From: Hyalangium minutum
GTDB taxonomy: Bacteria > Myxococcota > Myxococcia > Myxococcales > Myxococcaceae
Assembly: GCF_000737315.1 (NCBI RefSeq)
Contig: NZ_JMCB01000022.1
Coordinates: forward strand, 62,001-126,000
Direction: 5' to 3'
Length of the DNA: 64,000 bases
Numbering within the stretch: the first letter of the stretch is position 1; each line of letters starts with the position of its first letter. Below the pieces are notes generated by a model, which made no database searches, was not told the DNA's origin, and was given only the letters and a program-made list of their open reading frames with translations. The translations under genes and the position numbers were made by a program. Below, one piece after another: positions 30,785-42,875 of the stretch.

Positions 30785-30888
30785 CGTCTGATCATCTAGG
30801 GCTTTTTCCAGTGTTTTTCAAACATCACACCGGGATGGAACAAATGGGCCGTGACATGTCTCACACTTGGTTTCAGCAGACTACACGC

Positions 30889-32745
30889 TCAGTCTCGATA
30901 GCCCCGAGCCTGGAGGTGAAACAGGTGGGCGTAGCGCCCGTCCTTGGCGATCAACGCGTCGTGGCTGCCCAGCTCCTCCACCTGCCCGTTGTGGAGCACG
31001 GCGATCTGATCCGCCATGCGCACCGTGGAGAAGCGGTGGGAGATGACGATGGCGATGCGGTCGGCCGCCAGCGCCTGGAAGCGCTCGAAGAGGGCGTGCT
31101 CGGCCTCGGCGTCGATGCTGGCGGTGGGCTCGTCGAGGATGAGCACCTCCGCGTCCTCGCGCATGAAGGCGCGTGACACGGCCAGCTTCTGCCACTGGCC
31201 GGCGCTGAGCTCCTGGCCCTTCTCGAACCAGCCGCCGAGCATGGTGTCGTACTGCTGCGGCAGCGCGGAGATGACGGGGCTGGCGCCTCCGAGGTCCGCC
31301 GCGCGGGCGATGCGGTTGCGGTCCTCCAACCCGGGCAGGTGCCCCAGGCCGATGTTCTCCGCCACGCTGAACTGATAGCGCACGAAGTCCTGGAACACCG
31401 CCCCGAAGCGGCTGCGCAGATCCTCCACGTCCATGTCCCGCACGTCCACGCCGCCGTAGAGGATGGAGCCCTCGGTGGGCTCGTACAGGCGCAGCAGCAG
31501 CTTCACCAGCGTGCTCTTGCCCGCGCCGTTCTCGCCCACCAGCGCCAGCTTCTCGCCCGGCTTCAGCGTGAGGTTCACGTGCCGCAGCGCCCAGGCCTCC
31601 TTGCCCGGGTACTTGAAGGACACGTTCCTCAGCTCGATGGCGTTGTTGCGGCCCCGCGGCGGCTTGAGCGGCGGCAGCACCCGAGGCTGCTCGGCGCCCG
31701 TGGGGATGTCCAGGTACGCGAAGAGGTTGCTCATGAAGAGCGCGTCCTCGTACATGGAGCCCAGGCTCGACAGGATGCCCTGGAACGCCGCCTGCCCCTG
31801 CCGGAACACGGACAGGTACAGCACCATGTCGCCCACCGTGATGCTCCCCGAGGCGGCCCGGTTCGCCACGAAGGCATAGCAGCCATAGAAGGCCGCTAGC
31901 GAGAGCACCCCCAGCCCCAGCCCCCACGCCATGCGCCGCACCGCCAGCGCCCGATCCTCGTTGAAGAACTTCTGGAAGAGCGTCCGGTAGCGCCCCATCA
32001 CCAGCGGCCCCAGCCCGAACAGCTTCACCTCCTTCACGTGGTTGTCCCGCGTGAGGATCCACTCCAGGTAGTTCAGCTTGCGGCCCTCGGGCGCTCGCCA
32101 CGAGTAGAGGCGGAAGCCCTCGGCCGCCAGCCGCGCCTCGGCGATGAAGGCCGGGATGGAGGCCACCACCAGCACCCCCACGCTCCACGGCGACAAGGAC
32201 ACCAGCAGCACCGCGTACGTGGACAGCGTCACCACGTTGCGGACGATGGTGAACACCTGCATCACCAGCGACAGCGGACGGCTGTTGGCCTCGCGCCGCG
32301 CGTTCTGCATCTTGTCGTAGGTGTCCGAGTCCTCGAAGTGCCGCAGCTCCAGCTGCAGCGCCTTGTCGAGAATCCTCTGGTTCAACAGGATGCCCAGGTT
32401 GGCGCGCAGCAGCTCGCGGATGAGCCCCAAGCTGCGGTCCACCAGCGCCGAGCCCAGCATCAGCCCGAACTCCAGCCCCACCAGCTGCATCACATGCGAG
32501 CGCAGCGTCAGCTCCCCGCCGCCCTTGGCCGCCGCCACCACCCCGTCGACGATGAGCTTGCCTACGTAGGCGATGGCCGCCGGGAGCACTGCCGCCACCA
32601 GCGTCAGCAGCCCAAGCACCACCGCGAGCTGGGGACTGGCCTGCCAGAAGAGCCGGAAGGTGCCCGGGAGCTGCTTGAACAGGCTGCCCGCGTTCTTCAG
32701 GCGGGTGGTGAGCGGGACCGGAGGGGGTGCGAGGGGTGGAGCCAC
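30889..32745 (-). CDS. ABC transporter, fused permease/ATPase
   Basis: GENGAGKS, LSAGQWQK, LILDEPT. Confidence 0.93.
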   Translation of the reverse strand: MAPPLAPPPVPLTTRLKNAGSLFKQLPGTFRLFWQASPQLAVVLGLLTLVAAVLPAAIAYVGKLIVDGVVAAAKGGGELTLRSHVMQLVGLEFGLMLGSALVDRSLGLIRELLRANLGILLNQRILDKALQLELRHFEDSDTYDKMQNARREANSRPLSLVMQVFTIVRNVVTLSTYAVLLVSLSPWSVGVLVVASIPAFIAEARLAAEGFRLYSWRAPEGRKLNYLEWILTRDNHVKEVKLFGLGPLVMGRYRTLFQKFFNEDRALAVRRMAWGLGLGVLSLAAFYGCYAFVANRAASGSITVGDMVLYLSVFRQGQAAFQGILSSLGSMYEDALFMSNLFAYLDIPTGAEQPRVLPPLKPPRGRNNAIELRNVSFKYPGKEAWALRHVNLTLKPGEKLALVGENGAGKSTLVKLLLRLYEPTEGSILYGGVDVRDMDVEDLRSRFGAVFQDFVRYQFSVAENIGLGHLPGLEDRNRIARAADLGGASPVISALPQQYDTMLGGWFEKGQELSAGQWQKLAVSRAFMREDAEVLILDEPTASIDAEAEHALFERFQALAADRIAIVISHRFSTVRMADQIAVLHNGQVEELGSHDALIAKDGRYAHLFHLQARGYRD

Positions 32746-32757
32746 AATTCCCTGTTA

Positions 32758-33747
32758 CTAATCGATCCGGTTGCCGCCCGCTTGCTCCGCGAGCCCATGG
32801 GCCTTCGCCACCAGCACGTCACACGGGGCTCGCATGACAGTATGCTCGGCCAGCTCCCTGGGAGGTACCTCCCCGTCCGGGGCGGCCATCCCCAGCGCCA
32901 GCAGGTCCGCGCCCTGCTCGGCCGCCTCCGCCAGCAGCGCCTCCTCCAGCGGCTCGCTGCACCGGATGCAGACCTCGCATTCGCGGCCGACCTCCCGGTA
33001 CGGCGCCAGGAAGCGGCTCACGGCCTTGCGCGCCGCGGCTTCAATCTCGTGCCGCACCACCAGCCAGTGCTCCACGGACGTCATCCCCGCGTGCCACAGC
33101 TCCGGGCGGGTGCAGGGCTCGGGCACGTGCAGCACCGTCACCTTCACCGGCGGCGGGCACAGCCTCAGCGTGAGCTCCAGCGCCCGGCGAGAGTCCTCCG
33201 AGAGATCCACCGCCACCAGCGGATGGTGGTACGGCCTGGCCGGGTGCGCGCTCACCACCAGCAAGGGCGCCTCCACCTGCCGCACCAGGCCTCGCACGGT
33301 GGCCCCCCGCTGCGTCACGTCGTGGTGGCGCATCACATGAGGGCGGCCCGCGATGAGCAGCTCCACGTCCAGCCGGCGCGCCGCCCGGGCGGCCTCCTGG
33401 ACCACGTCTCCCGCGCGCAGCTCCTCATTCACCTCCACGGGCTCTCGGGCCCGGAGCCTGCGGCGCGCGGCTCCCGCCACCCGGCTCAGGCAGCGCGCCT
33501 CGAGGGACATGTCTCCCGGTGCGCCCCGCCCCGGCACGGGCCTCGAAGCATGGAAGAGGGTGAGCGAGGCCCCGTCTCCCACCGGCAGCCGCAGCGCCCG
33601 GGCCAGCGCCAGGTCCGCGCACATGGAGAAGTCAGTCGCCACCATCACCCGCGTCAGCCGGCCCTTCTGGCTGGCGGTCAAGAGCGGCTTCATGAATTGG
33701 GGCGGCGTGACCATGGGCCCCAAATCCAGCTGGGATGTGCTCGCCAT
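32758..33747 (-). CDS. Tandem universal stress protein
   Basis: VMVATDFS and LVAVDLS USP motifs; start ATG 33747. Confidence 0.82.
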   Translation of the reverse strand: MASTSQLDLGPMVTPPQFMKPLLTASQKGRLTRVMVATDFSMCADLALARALRLPVGDGASLTLFHASRPVPGRGAPGDMSLEARCLSRVAGAARRRLRAREPVEVNEELRAGDVVQEAARAARRLDVELLIAGRPHVMRHHDVTQRGATVRGLVRQVEAPLLVVSAHPARPYHHPLVAVDLSEDSRRALELTLRLCPPPVKVTVLHVPEPCTRPELWHAGMTSVEHWLVVRHEIEAAARKAVSRFLAPYREVGRECEVCIRCSEPLEEALLAEAAEQGADLLALGMAAPDGEVPPRELAEHTVMRAPCDVLVAKAHGLAEQAGGNRID

Positions 33748-34110
33748 CACGACACCTCCTTTCCCCCTCCTCAAGCTTCCGACTCCTCCGGGCTCCGTGC
33801 CACACAATCGCGGGAGCCGCGCCCGGCTGCCTGCCCAGCCGCGTGCGGACCTCTGCCCACAAGCGGGGCCCTCCGTCCGCCAGTCCACGGCCTGCCTGGA
33901 GGAATTACAGGAGCGAGCGCAGGTGTCCGCACTTGCACGCAGAGAGGCGTGCACTCAGCAACGCTGAATCGCTCCCTTGGCATGTCCGCTCACCAACAGG
34001 CTGTCGCCCCGCAAGTACGGAGGCGACGGCCAGCTCTTTGCAGAGGAAGGGCTGCGTCAGTCTCGGAGCACCGGGAGTGACAGAGCGGGAGCGTAGAAGG
34101 GGGAGCAGCC

Positions 34111-34266
34111 ATGCGCGGAGTCATCACAGGACGAGAGGTGGTCGCCAACCTGGGTCTCATCTACCGGGAGTTCGGCGCGAGCTGCCTGGTGCGCTGTCTG
34201 TGGGCGCTCGTCAGCGGCAAGTCCACCACCTTCCTCGAGGTGGCTTGCCGGTGCGAGCGGCACTGA
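34111..34266 (+). CDS. Small 51-aa Cys-containing hypothetical protein
   Basis: AGGGGAG RBS, ATG 34111; MRGVITGREVVANLGLIYREFGASCLVRCLWALVSGKSTTFLEVACRCERH; below the track length cut-off. Confidence 0.55.
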   Translation: MRGVITGREVVANLGLIYREFGASCLVRCLWALVSGKSTTFLEVACRCERH

Positions 34267-34333
34267 GAGAAACGAAGGGCCGCAGGGCAGCAGCGCCCCA
34301 CGGCCCCGAAGTCCCTCCCCCTCTGGGGCAGGG

Positions 34334-34525
34334 TTACGGCTCGCGGCGGCTCGGACGATCCGGATCCACCGCGTCCTTGATGGCCCGCTTGGCGTCCTCG
34401 ACCTTCTCCTTCACGTTGCCCTTCAACGTGTCGGCCTTGCCCTCGGCCTCCAGCTCACGGTTGCCCGTGGCCACTCCGGCGGTCTCCTTGATCTTTCCCT
34501 TGGCTTTATCAATCCACTCACCCAT
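34334..34525 (-). CDS. CsbD family stress protein
   Basis: DKAKGKIKETAGVATGNRELEAEGKAD; AAGGAGG RBS. Confidence 0.9.
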   Translation of the reverse strand: MGEWIDKAKGKIKETAGVATGNRELEAEGKADTLKGNVKEKVEDAKRAIKDAVDPDRPSRREP

Positions 34526-34647
34526 GACGCTTCCTCCTTCGCCGTGCGCGGTGTTGCGCCCTGAACCGAAGGTGGACACGCGCTGACGGGGTGGCAGGTA
34601 TCCCACCCTCGTCCGCCCGCCTGCCCTCCAGAGGAGGAGGCCCCGCT

Positions 34648-36855
34648 TCACCTCATCCAGCGCGTGAGCACCTCGTGGAGGGCCTGGCGCTTGAAGGGCT
34701 TCGCCAGGTAGTCGTCCATCCCGCTCTCCAGGCAGCGCGTGCGGTCTCCCGCCAGCGCGTTGGCCGTCATCGCGATGATGGGGAGCCGGCCGCCCGCGGG
34801 GGCCGAGGCCTCGTGGGCGCGGATGCGGCGGGTGGCCTCGAAGCCATCCAGCTCCGGCATCAGGCAGTCCATCAGCACGGCGTGGAAGGAGCCCCGGCGG
34901 CAGGCCTCCACGGCCTCGACGCCGTTCTGCGCCAGGACGACCTCCAGGCCGAACGACTGCAGCATGTGCTGGGCGACCATCTGGTTCGTCTCGTTGTCCT
35001 CGACCAGCAGCACGCGGCCCGAGAGCGCCGCGAGCGCCTCGCCCTTCGAGGGAGGCCCGACGCTGCCCGGAGCCCGGGCGAGCACCTGGAAGGGCACCTG
35101 GAACCAGAAGTACGCGCCCTGGCCCTGCTCGCTCTCCACGCCGATCGTCCCGCCCATCAGCTCCACCAGGTGCTTGGAGATGGCGAGCCCCAGGCCCGTT
35201 CCGCCGTACTCGCGCGTGGTCGAGGAGTCCGCCTGCATGAAGGCCTGGAAGAGGCGCGGCTGGGCCTCCCTGGAAATGCCCATGCCCGTGTCCTTCACCC
35301 CGAACAGCAAAGTCATGGGGGCGCCTGGGGCCTCCGGCTCGCGCTCCACCTTCACCGTCACGCGGACCTCGCCGGTACGCGTGAACTTGATGGCGTTGGA
35401 CACCAGGTTGGTGAGGATCTGCTGGAAGCGGGCGGCGTCCCCGACCACGTACCGCGGCAGGGAGGGGGCCAGGTCGAGCGACAGCGCCAGCCCCTTCTTC
35501 TTCGCCTGCGCGGCCAACACGTCGAGGGGCTTCTCCACGTGCTTGCGCAGCTCGAAGGGGACCTTCTCCAGCTCCACCTTGCCCGCGTCGATCTTCGCCA
35601 GATCGAGCACCTTGTTGATGATGTCGAGCAGGTTCTCACCCGTCTGCTGGAGCGTGACGAGGTACTGCCGCTGCTCGTCATCCAACGAGGTGTTCTCGAG
35701 CAGCTGGGCGAAGCCGAGCACCCCGTTCATCGGCGTGCGCAGCTCGTGGCTCATGGCCGCGAGGAAGAGGGACTTGGCCTCGTTGGCGCTCTCCGCCTCG
35801 GCCTTGGCCTCCTCCAGCGCGAGCGTGCGCTCTCGCACACGCTGCTCCAGCAGGGTGTTGAGCTGCTCCACCTCGCCCTGGCTGTGCTTGAGCCGCTCGC
35901 TGCGGTCCTTCAGCTCCCGCGAGAGCTTCACCTGCCGGGCGTAGGCGCCCATCGTCACCACCAGGGCCGCCAGCAGGGGCCACAGGTAGGGCGCGGCGAT
36001 CTTCACCGCCGCCAGGAGCGTCATCTCCTTGGGCTCCAGCACGCCGAACCACTTTTCGTAGATGGCGTCATAGGTGCCGTTGGCCTTGGTGATGGCCAGA
36101 CCCTCGTTGATCTCCGCCAGCGTCTCCGCGTCGCCCTTGTGCACGGCGAAGCCGAACTTTTGGAAGAACGGCAGCTGCACGGGCACGGGCTTGATGTCCT
36201 TGAAGCCCAGCTCCCGCAGCGTCTGCAGGCCCACCAGCTTGTTGACCAGCATGGCGTCGTGCCCGCCCGCGCGCAGCAGCCTCAGGCCCTCGGCCGTGTC
36301 CTTCACCAGCGTCAGGTTGGGCTCCCAGCCCTTGGACACCGCGTAGTCATGGGGCAGATCCGCTCGGATCACGATGAGAGACTTGCCCTGCAGGTCCTCC
36401 TCGGAGGAGATGTCCGAGTCCCCCGCGCGCACGAAGATGGCGCCGTATGCCTTCACGTGCAGCACGGAGAAGTCCGCGAAGCCCTTGCGCTCGACGGACT
36501 CCGCCAGGTTGATGAGGACGTCGATGCGGCCTTCCTTGAAGCCTCCGAGCACCTCGTGGAAGGGCGCCACCTGGATGGTGTAGGGCAGCCCCACTTCCTT
36601 GGCCACGGCCCGCCAGAGCTCCACGGTGAAGCCCGAGGCCTCGCCGCCCTTCTGCCCCAGCGCGAACGGGGGATAGTCCACCTCGCTGCCGACCTGGAGC
36701 ACGCGCTGCTCGGGCGCTCCCTGGGCAAACGCGGCCGCGCCGGCCAGGAGCAGCCACAGCGGCACGAGCGCCCGCTGGGCGAGCCAGGCCCGCCCTCCAC
36801 GTTGGAAGAAGCTCCGCTCAACTCGAGGCATCCGTGCCCCCCACCGGACGCTCAT
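34648..36855 (-). CDS. Hybrid histidine kinase with periplasmic solute-binding sensor domain
   Basis: SBP family-3 domain (DYPPF), [20 protein letters not shown] (MDCLMP). Confidence 0.93.
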   Translation of the reverse strand: MSVRWGARMPRVERSFFQRGGRAWLAQRALVPLWLLLAGAAAFAQGAPEQRVLQVGSEVDYPPFALGQKGGEASGFTVELWRAVAKEVGLPYTIQVAPFHEVLGGFKEGRIDVLINLAESVERKGFADFSVLHVKAYGAIFVRAGDSDISSEEDLQGKSLIVIRADLPHDYAVSKGWEPNLTLVKDTAEGLRLLRAGGHDAMLVNKLVGLQTLRELGFKDIKPVPVQLPFFQKFGFAVHKGDAETLAEINEGLAITKANGTYDAIYEKWFGVLEPKEMTLLAAVKIAAPYLWPLLAALVVTMGAYARQVKLSRELKDRSERLKHSQGEVEQLNTLLEQRVRERTLALEEAKAEAESANEAKSLFLAAMSHELRTPMNGVLGFAQLLENTSLDDEQRQYLVTLQQTGENLLDIINKVLDLAKIDAGKVELEKVPFELRKHVEKPLDVLAAQAKKKGLALSLDLAPSLPRYVVGDAARFQQILTNLVSNAIKFTRTGEVRVTVKVEREPEAPGAPMTLLFGVKDTGMGISREAQPRLFQAFMQADSSTTREYGGTGLGLAISKHLVELMGGTIGVESEQGQGAYFWFQVPFQVLARAPGSVGPPSKGEALAALSGRVLLVEDNETNQMVAQHMLQSFGLEVVLAQNGVEAVEACRRGSFHAVLMDCLMPELDGFEATRRIRAHEASAPAGGRLPIIAMTANALAGDRTRCLESGMDDYLAKPFKRQALHEVLTRWMR

Positions 36856-36898
36856 ACCACCATTCGCTTCGCACTGAGGAGTGACCCCAGGGACTGTC

Positions 36899-38470
36899 TC
36901 AGCCGGCCCTCACCTGGGAGGAAGGCAATCCTTCGAGAGGCGGCACATACGGCCACTGCGGCAATGGCCCCTTGCCCGCCTCGCGCGTGAGGTAGTCTGC
37001 GGCGATGTTGGCGCTCTCCATGATGGTGAGCAGCCCGCTGCCCGGGTGCGTGCCTCCGCCGACCCAGTAGAGGCCCTCGACGTTCGGGTTCTTCACCTTC
37101 GGCCGCAGCGGCCCGAGCTGCAGCCACGTGTGCGAGAGGTTGAACACCGCGCCTCGGAAGACGTGGAAGTCATCCCGCCACGTCTCCGCCGTGAAGTAGC
37201 GCTCCGCGCGGAGGTGCTGGCGCACGTTCCTCATCCCCACCTTCTCCAGCATGGCGGGGATGCGCTCACGCAAGGTGCGCTCGGCGGTGGCCCAGTCCAC
37301 CTTCTGCGAGGTGTTGGGCGTGGGCACCAGCACATACAGCGTGGAGTGGCCCTTGGGCGCGCCGGACGGATCCGTCACGCACGGGTTGCATACGTAGAAG
37401 GGCGGATCCTCCACATCGAGGACGCGGTCCTCCAGCGCATCCCGGTCCGTGCGCCGCGCGCTCTCCGACAGATAGATGAGGTGGTGCGGCAAGTCTGCGT
37501 ACACCGTGTCCAGCCCGTAGTAGGCCATGAAGGTGCTGCACGAGTACTTGGCCTTCTCCAGCGCCGCGTCCGTCAGCCGCGAGCCCTCGCGCGCCTCGGC
37601 GGGGATGAGCTTCTGCGCCGCGTAGGCCAGGTCCGCGTTCACCACCACCGCGTCCGCGTCCAGCTTCTCGCCACTGGCCAGCCGGACGCCCACCGCGCGC
37701 CCCGCGTCCACGAGCACCTGGGCCACGGGCTCGCCCAGGCGGAAGGTGGCGCCCAAATCCTGCGCGCACTTCATCATCCCCCGGGCCAGCGCCCGGAAGC
37801 CGCCGTCCACGTGCCACACGCCGAAGGCCAGCTCCAGGTACGGGATGACGCTGAACACCGAGGAGCACGTGGTGGGGTGCAACCCCAGGTACTTGGACGG
37901 GTAGGACAGCGCGTAGGTGATGCGGTCGTCGTGGAAGAACGAGTCCAGGTGCCGGTACAGCGTCTGCCACGGCTTGAAGCGCGCCGCGGGCGCCAGCCGC
38001 CACGGCGCGTAGTACCCCAGGCTCCCCGCGTGGGTGGCGATGAACTTCTCGTAGGCGATGCCGTACTTCTCCCGGCCCTCCTCCAGCCAGGCCCGCAGAG
38101 CGCGCGGCTTGTCGGGGCCGAACTTGGCCACCTCCTGCTCCATGCGCGCCACGTCCTTCGTGGTGTCCAGGTAGGTGCCGTCCCAGAAGTGCACCCGGGT
38201 GTTCGGGTCCACCGGCACCAGCTTCACGTAGTCCTCGATGCGCTTGCCCGAGCGCACGAAGATGCGCTCCAGCACCCCGGGGAGCTGGAGGATGGAGGGC
38301 CCGGTGTCCAGCGCGTACTCCCCGCGCTCGCCCAGCGTGAGTCCCTTCATGCGGCCGCCTGGAAGGGCGTCCTTCTCCACCACGGTGACCTTCAGCCCCT
38401 GGCCCGCCAGGTTGATGGCCACCGACAGCCCTCCGGGTCCGGCCCCTACGACAATCACATGTCGCACCAT
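36899..38470 (-). CDS. crtI: Phytoene desaturase (CrtI) family oxidoreductase
   Basis: [32 protein letters not shown]. Confidence 0.85.
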   Translation of the reverse strand: MVRHVIVVGAGPGGLSVAINLAGQGLKVTVVEKDALPGGRMKGLTLGERGEYALDTGPSILQLPGVLERIFVRSGKRIEDYVKLVPVDPNTRVHFWDGTYLDTTKDVARMEQEVAKFGPDKPRALRAWLEEGREKYGIAYEKFIATHAGSLGYYAPWRLAPAARFKPWQTLYRHLDSFFHDDRITYALSYPSKYLGLHPTTCSSVFSVIPYLELAFGVWHVDGGFRALARGMMKCAQDLGATFRLGEPVAQVLVDAGRAVGVRLASGEKLDADAVVVNADLAYAAQKLIPAEAREGSRLTDAALEKAKYSCSTFMAYYGLDTVYADLPHHLIYLSESARRTDRDALEDRVLDVEDPPFYVCNPCVTDPSGAPKGHSTLYVLVPTPNTSQKVDWATAERTLRERIPAMLEKVGMRNVRQHLRAERYFTAETWRDDFHVFRGAVFNLSHTWLQLGPLRPKVKNPNVEGLYWVGGGTHPGSGLLTIMESANIAADYLTREAGKGPLPQWPYVPPLEGLPSSQVRAG

Positions 38471-38627
38471 GCGGCCTAGGATGCCCGGACCCGGTTCACG
38501 TTGCAGCAGGCCAGGAGACCCGGGGGCCCTCCTTTCTTCCGGTGCACACCTGCTCCACGCGGAGGTTTCCGGCCTTGCGCGGCCCTGTTAAGCCAGGGGG
38601 TCCGGACACCCGGCACTCTCTTCTCGA

Positions 38628-39101
38628 ATGACACCCACTCCCTACGAGGTGCTCCTCTTCACCCTGGAAGGCCAGCGCTATGCGCTGCCTCTGGGGGATG
38701 TGCGAGAGCTGGTCCGCGCCGCGCGCCTCACCCCCCTGCCCCGTGCGCCCGACGTGGTGGAGGGCCTGATGAACCTGCGCGGCGAGCTGCTGCCCGTGCT
38801 CAGCCTCCGCCGCCGCTTCCGGCTGCCGCCCCGCCCCCTGTCCCCCGAGGACCACTTCATCGTCGCCCAGGCGGGCCCGCGCCGCGTGGTGCTGCACGTG
38901 GACCGGACCGAGGAGGTGCTCACGCTCCCCGCGGGCACCCTGGACGAGACGCCGCGCGAGCTGCCCGGTGTGGGCTACGTGGCGGGCGCCGTGAAGCTGC
39001 CCGAGGGCCTGGTGCTCGTCCATGACCTCCGGAGCTTCCTATCCGAGGCCGAGGGACTGGCCCTCGACACGGCGCTCGCGGGCACCTCGGGGGGCACGTG
39101 A
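38628..39101 (+). CDS. cheW: CheW
   Basis: LFTLEGQRYAL, GLMNLRGELLPV. Confidence 0.9.
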   Translation: MTPTPYEVLLFTLEGQRYALPLGDVRELVRAARLTPLPRAPDVVEGLMNLRGELLPVLSLRRRFRLPPRPLSPEDHFIVAQAGPRRVVLHVDRTEEVLTLPAGTLDETPRELPGVGYVAGAVKLPEGLVLVHDLRSFLSEAEGLALDTALAGTSGGT

Positions 39102-40615
39102 GCCTGGAGGAGTTGCCCTGGAGCGACACTGGCTATGCCCGGGTCTTCGAGCGGGTGCAGGAGCGCGCCGGCCTGCTGCCCCCCACGTGCGTGCCCGCCG
39201 CTGAGGACGGCATCAACCGGGCCATGGCCCGCTCGGGCACGCAGGACTTCTCCTCTTATGTCGCGCTCATTTCCTCGGACCCGGCGGCGCTCGATGACCT
39301 GCTCACCGAGCTGACCATTGGGGAGACGTACTTCTTCCGCACGCACGAGCACTTCAATTTCCTCAGCCATCAAGCGCTCCCGGAGCTGCGGCGGCTGCGC
39401 GGCCCGGAGCACACCCTGCGCGTGTGGAGCGCGGGCTGTGCCTCCGGCGAGGAGCCCTACTCGCTGGCCGTGCTGTTGATGGAGGAGGGCTTCGGAGACC
39501 GGATGGAGGTGCTCGCCACGGACATCTCCCGCGCGGCGCTCGCCCGGGCGCAGGTGGCCCGCTATGGCCCCTGGTCCCTCCGGGGCATCCAAGCCGAGCG
39601 GATGCGGCCCTTCCTGCACATGGGGACGCCGCGCTACGAGCTCGCTCCCGAGGTGCGCCAGCGCGTTCACTTCAGCTACTTGAACCTCGCGCTGGAGACG
39701 TGGCCCTCGCGCAGCAGCGGCATCCACGACCTGGACATCATCTTCTGCCGCAACGTCCTCATCTACTTCACCCGCCCCACCATCGAGGCCGTGGCCCGCC
39801 GCCTCCACGCGAGCCTCGCGGATGGCGGCTTCCTCATCACCGGCCCTTCGGATCCCTCCCTCGTCGACCTGGCGCCACTGGAGCCCCTCCTCACCGAATG
39901 GGGCGTGGCCTACCGGCGTCCCACTGCGCGGCCTCCTCGGGCCCTGCCTCCTTCCAACTACCGCTCCTACCCGGCCCTGCCCACCGTGGCTCCCGCCCTG
40001 CCGGCGCTGGCTTCTGGGCCGCTCCCGCCTCTGCTCCCCGCGCCCCCCGCGCTGCTTCCCGCGCCCCCCGCGCCGCCTCCGCCACCAGCGGCTCCTCCTT
40101 TAGATACCGCCTCCGCTGGCCTGGCACCTGCCCGGGAGGCGATGGCCCGCGGGGACTGGCGCAAGGCCGCACAGCTGGCCGGAGCCCAGCAGCCCAGCCC
40201 CGAAGCCGCCGTCATCGAGGTCCGCGCGCTGGCCAATGTCGAACCCGAGGCGGCCGTGAAGGCCTGCGCCGAGGCGGCGGCCCGCCACCCGATGGACGTG
40301 GAGCTGCGCTACCTGGAGTCTCTGCTCCTCATGAGCGTGGGCCGGCTGGGCGAGGCCGAGCGCGCGGCCCGGCAGGCGCTCTACCTGGAGCCCTCGCTGG
40401 CCGTGGCTCACCTCACCCTGGGTTATGTGCTGCGGCGCTTGGGAGATACCTCGGGGGCGGTGCGGGCCTTCCGCGCCGCCGAGGCCCTCTGCTCCGCCCT
40501 GCAGCCAGAGGCCATCGTTCCCCTCTCCGAGGGTGAGAGCGCGGGCCGGCTGGCCAAGGTGGCCCAGAGCGAGCGCAAACGGCTCGAAGCGGCTGAGTCC
40601 CGGAGGGAGGGCTGA
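39098..40615 (+). CDS. cheR: CheR methyltransferase with TPR extension
   Basis: TIGETYFFR, VWSAGCASGEE, IIFCRNVLIYF; C-terminal TPRs. Confidence 0.93.
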   Translation: MSLEELPWSDTGYARVFERVQERAGLLPPTCVPAAEDGINRAMARSGTQDFSSYVALISSDPAALDDLLTELTIGETYFFRTHEHFNFLSHQALPELRRLRGPEHTLRVWSAGCASGEEPYSLAVLLMEEGFGDRMEVLATDISRAALARAQVARYGPWSLRGIQAERMRPFLHMGTPRYELAPEVRQRVHFSYLNLALETWPSRSSGIHDLDIIFCRNVLIYFTRPTIEAVARRLHASLADGGFLITGPSDPSLVDLAPLEPLLTEWGVAYRRPTARPPRALPPSNYRSYPALPTVAPALPALASGPLPPLLPAPPALLPAPPAPPPPPAAPPLDTASAGLAPAREAMARGDWRKAAQLAGAQQPSPEAAVIEVRALANVEPEAAVKACAEAAARHPMDVELRYLESLLLMSVGRLGEAERAARQALYLEPSLAVAHLTLGYVLRRLGDTSGAVRAFRAAEALCSALQPEAIVPLSEGESAGRLAKVAQSERKRLEAAESRREG

Positions 40616-41235
40616 TGGCGGAACGCAAGACAGGCCAGGGGTTGGACTGGGAGGAGGCCTATGCGCGGCTGGGCCGGCTGGCGAAGGCCACCGGGAGCGC
40701 CCTCACGCGGACACCCGAGGAGGCCCAGGCCCTGCTCGACGTGCGCGCCCGGGAGCTGGCCCGGCCCGTCGTTCCAGAGCGGGCCTCGGACACCCTGCTG
40801 GAGGTGGCGCGCTTCCGCTCCGGTGGCCAGGACTACGCGCTGGAGACCCGCTTCGTCCACGAGGTGCTGCGCACCGCGGAGCTCACGCCCCTACCCGGCG
40901 CCCCGCCCCTGCTCCGAGGCCTCACCCTGCTGCGCGGAGAGGTGCTCCCCGTGGTGGAGCTGGCGCCCCTCTTCGGACGCCCGGTGTCGGGCCGTGGCTC
41001 GGCGGTGCTCCTGATTGGGCTGGGCCGGGCGGACCTGGGCCTGTCCGTGGAGGAGGTGGAGGAAGTCGCCCTCATCTCCCGTGACGCCCTGCTGCCCCCT
41101 CCCGCCACACTCTCCGCCGAGGCCGCGCGGCTGGTGTCCGGCATCCATCGCGAGGGCACGCTGCTGCTGGAGGGCGAGGCCTTACTGGGCGACAGTCGCC
41201 TCGTCTTCGATCTCACCGACGAAGGGAAAGTATGA
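40615..41235 (+). CDS. cheW: CheW (second)
   Basis: [15 protein letters not shown]. Confidence 0.85.
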   Translation: MAERKTGQGLDWEEAYARLGRLAKATGSALTRTPEEAQALLDVRARELARPVVPERASDTLLEVARFRSGGQDYALETRFVHEVLRTAELTPLPGAPPLLRGLTLLRGEVLPVVELAPLFGRPVSGRGSAVLLIGLGRADLGLSVEEVEEVALISRDALLPPPATLSAEAARLVSGIHREGTLLLEGEALLGDSRLVFDLTDEGKV

Positions 41236-42875
41236 GCATCGGGAAGAAGATTGGCTCAGGCTTCGGCCTGTCCCTGCTGGTCCTGCTGACGATGGCCGCC
41301 ATGGCCTACCAGGTCCTCCAACACCTCGCGGTGACGACCGACACACTCCTGGAGACGCGGCGGGTGCTCAAGGACATCCGCGAGATGCGCCTGGCCATCC
41401 TAACCGCCGAGTCGGCCGAGCGCGGCTACCTGCTCTCGGGCAACGAGGCCCACCTGGTCCCCTACCGGGCGGCGCTCGACGTGGTGGACACCAGTCTCCA
41501 GAACCTGAAGACGGGCCTGAAGGATCCAGAACTGCAGCGCCGGCTCGTTCGGGTGGAGCCCCTCTTGAAGGCCCGGCTAGAGGAGCTGGAGACGGGGATC
41601 CGCTTGCGGCGCGGAGAAGGAGGCCTGGAGAAGGCCGTCGAGTTCGTCCGCAGCAACCGCGGGCTGGAGACCATGACCGTCATCCGCGAGCAGCTGGACG
41701 AGATGCAGGGCCTGAGGGAGCAGACCTGGAGTGAGCAGCAGAGCGAAGTGCAGCAGAGCGCGCAGCGGGGGCTCGTCATCCTCGTGCTGGGCGCCGCGCT
41801 GGGCCTGCTGGTGGTGGCCGTGGGCAGCATCGTCATCACCCGCGGCATCACCCACCCGCTGGACCGGCTGATGAAGGGCGTGAGCCGGTTCGCCCAGGGA
41901 GACCTGGCCCACCGCATCGAGGTCCACAACGAGGACGAGACCGGCCAGCTGGCCCGCGCTTTCAACGGCATGGCCGAGCGGCGCCAGGAGGCCGAGGCCC
42001 AGCTGGCGCGGCAGTCGGAGCAGCGGGAGAAGACCCTGCGCACCGTGGCCGAGTTCGTCAACCAGCTTGCGGGCGCCAGCGCGCAGATCCTCTCCAGCAC
42101 CACCGAGCAGGTGGCCAGCGCCCAGGAGCAGGGCAGCGCCGTCTCCGAGACGGTGAGCACGGTGGAGGAGATCGCCCAGACGTCCGAGGAGGCCGCGGGC
42201 CGGGCCCGCGCGGTGAGCGAGTCCGCCCGTCAGTCCGAGGAGCTGGGACGCACCGGGCGCCAGGCCGTGGACGAGGCCGTCTCCTCCATGGCCACCGTGC
42301 GCGAGCAGGTGGAGTCCATCGCCGCGCGCATCCTCGCCCTGGCCGAGCAGGCGCAGGCCATCGGAGACATCATTAGTACCGTCAATGACATCTCCGAGCA
42401 GACGCACATGCTGGCGCTCAACGCCTCCATCGAGGCCAGCCGTGCCGGAGAACAGGGACGGGGCTTCGCCGTCGTCGCCGCCGAGGTGAAGGCGCTGGCC
42501 GACCAGTCCAAGAAGGCCACCGCCCAGGTGCGGCAGATCCTGGGCCACATCCAGAAGGCCACGCACTCCGCGGTGATGACGACCGAGGAGGGCACCAAGA
42601 GCGTGGCCGTGGCGACGCGCGTGGTGGCCCAGGCGGGCACCACCATTCAGCGGCTGGGTGAGCTGCTGGTGCAGGCCTCGCTCACAGCCGCTCAAATTGC
42701 TGCCTCGGCCAACCAGCAAGCCACCGGCATCGGGCAGATCCGCCAGGCGATGCGGGATGTGAACCAGTCCTCCCAGCAGGCCCTCTCCTCCACCCGGCAG
42801 ACGGAGCGCGCCCTGCAGGACTTGAACGGCATGGGCCTGAAGCTCAAGAACCTCCTGAGCGAATACGGACGCTGA
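41232..42875 (+). CDS. Methyl-accepting chemotaxis protein (CHASE3-like sensor, HAMP)
   Basis: [42 protein letters not shown]. Confidence 0.94.
   Translation: MSIGKKIGSGFGLSLLVLLTMAAMAYQVLQHLAVTTDTLLETRRVLKDIREMRLAILTAESAERGYLLSGNEAHLVPYRAALDVVDTSLQNLKTGLKDPELQRRLVRVEPLLKARLEELETGIRLRRGEGGLEKAVEFVRSNRGLETMTVIREQLDEMQGLREQTWSEQQSEVQQSAQRGLVILVLGAALGLLVVAVGSIVITRGITHPLDRLMKGVSRFAQGDLAHRIEVHNEDETGQLARAFNGMAERRQEAEAQLARQSEQREKTLRTVAEFVNQLAGASAQILSSTTEQVASAQEQGSAVSETVSTVEEIAQTSEEAAGRARAVSESARQSEELGRTGRQAVDEAVSSMATVREQVESIAARILALAEQAQAIGDIISTVNDISEQTHMLALNASIEASRAGEQGRGFAVVAAEVKALADQSKKATAQVRQILGHIQKATHSAVMTTEEGTKSVAVATRVVAQAGTTIQRLGELLVQASLTAAQIAASANQQATGIGQIRQAMRDVNQSSQQALSSTRQTERALQDLNGMGLKLKNLLSEYGR

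Noticed and set aside
40020-40095. Pro-rich GCC/CCC quasi-repeats in cheR (also in cheA and the toxin linkers)
   Set aside because: Ordinary low-complexity interdomain linkers
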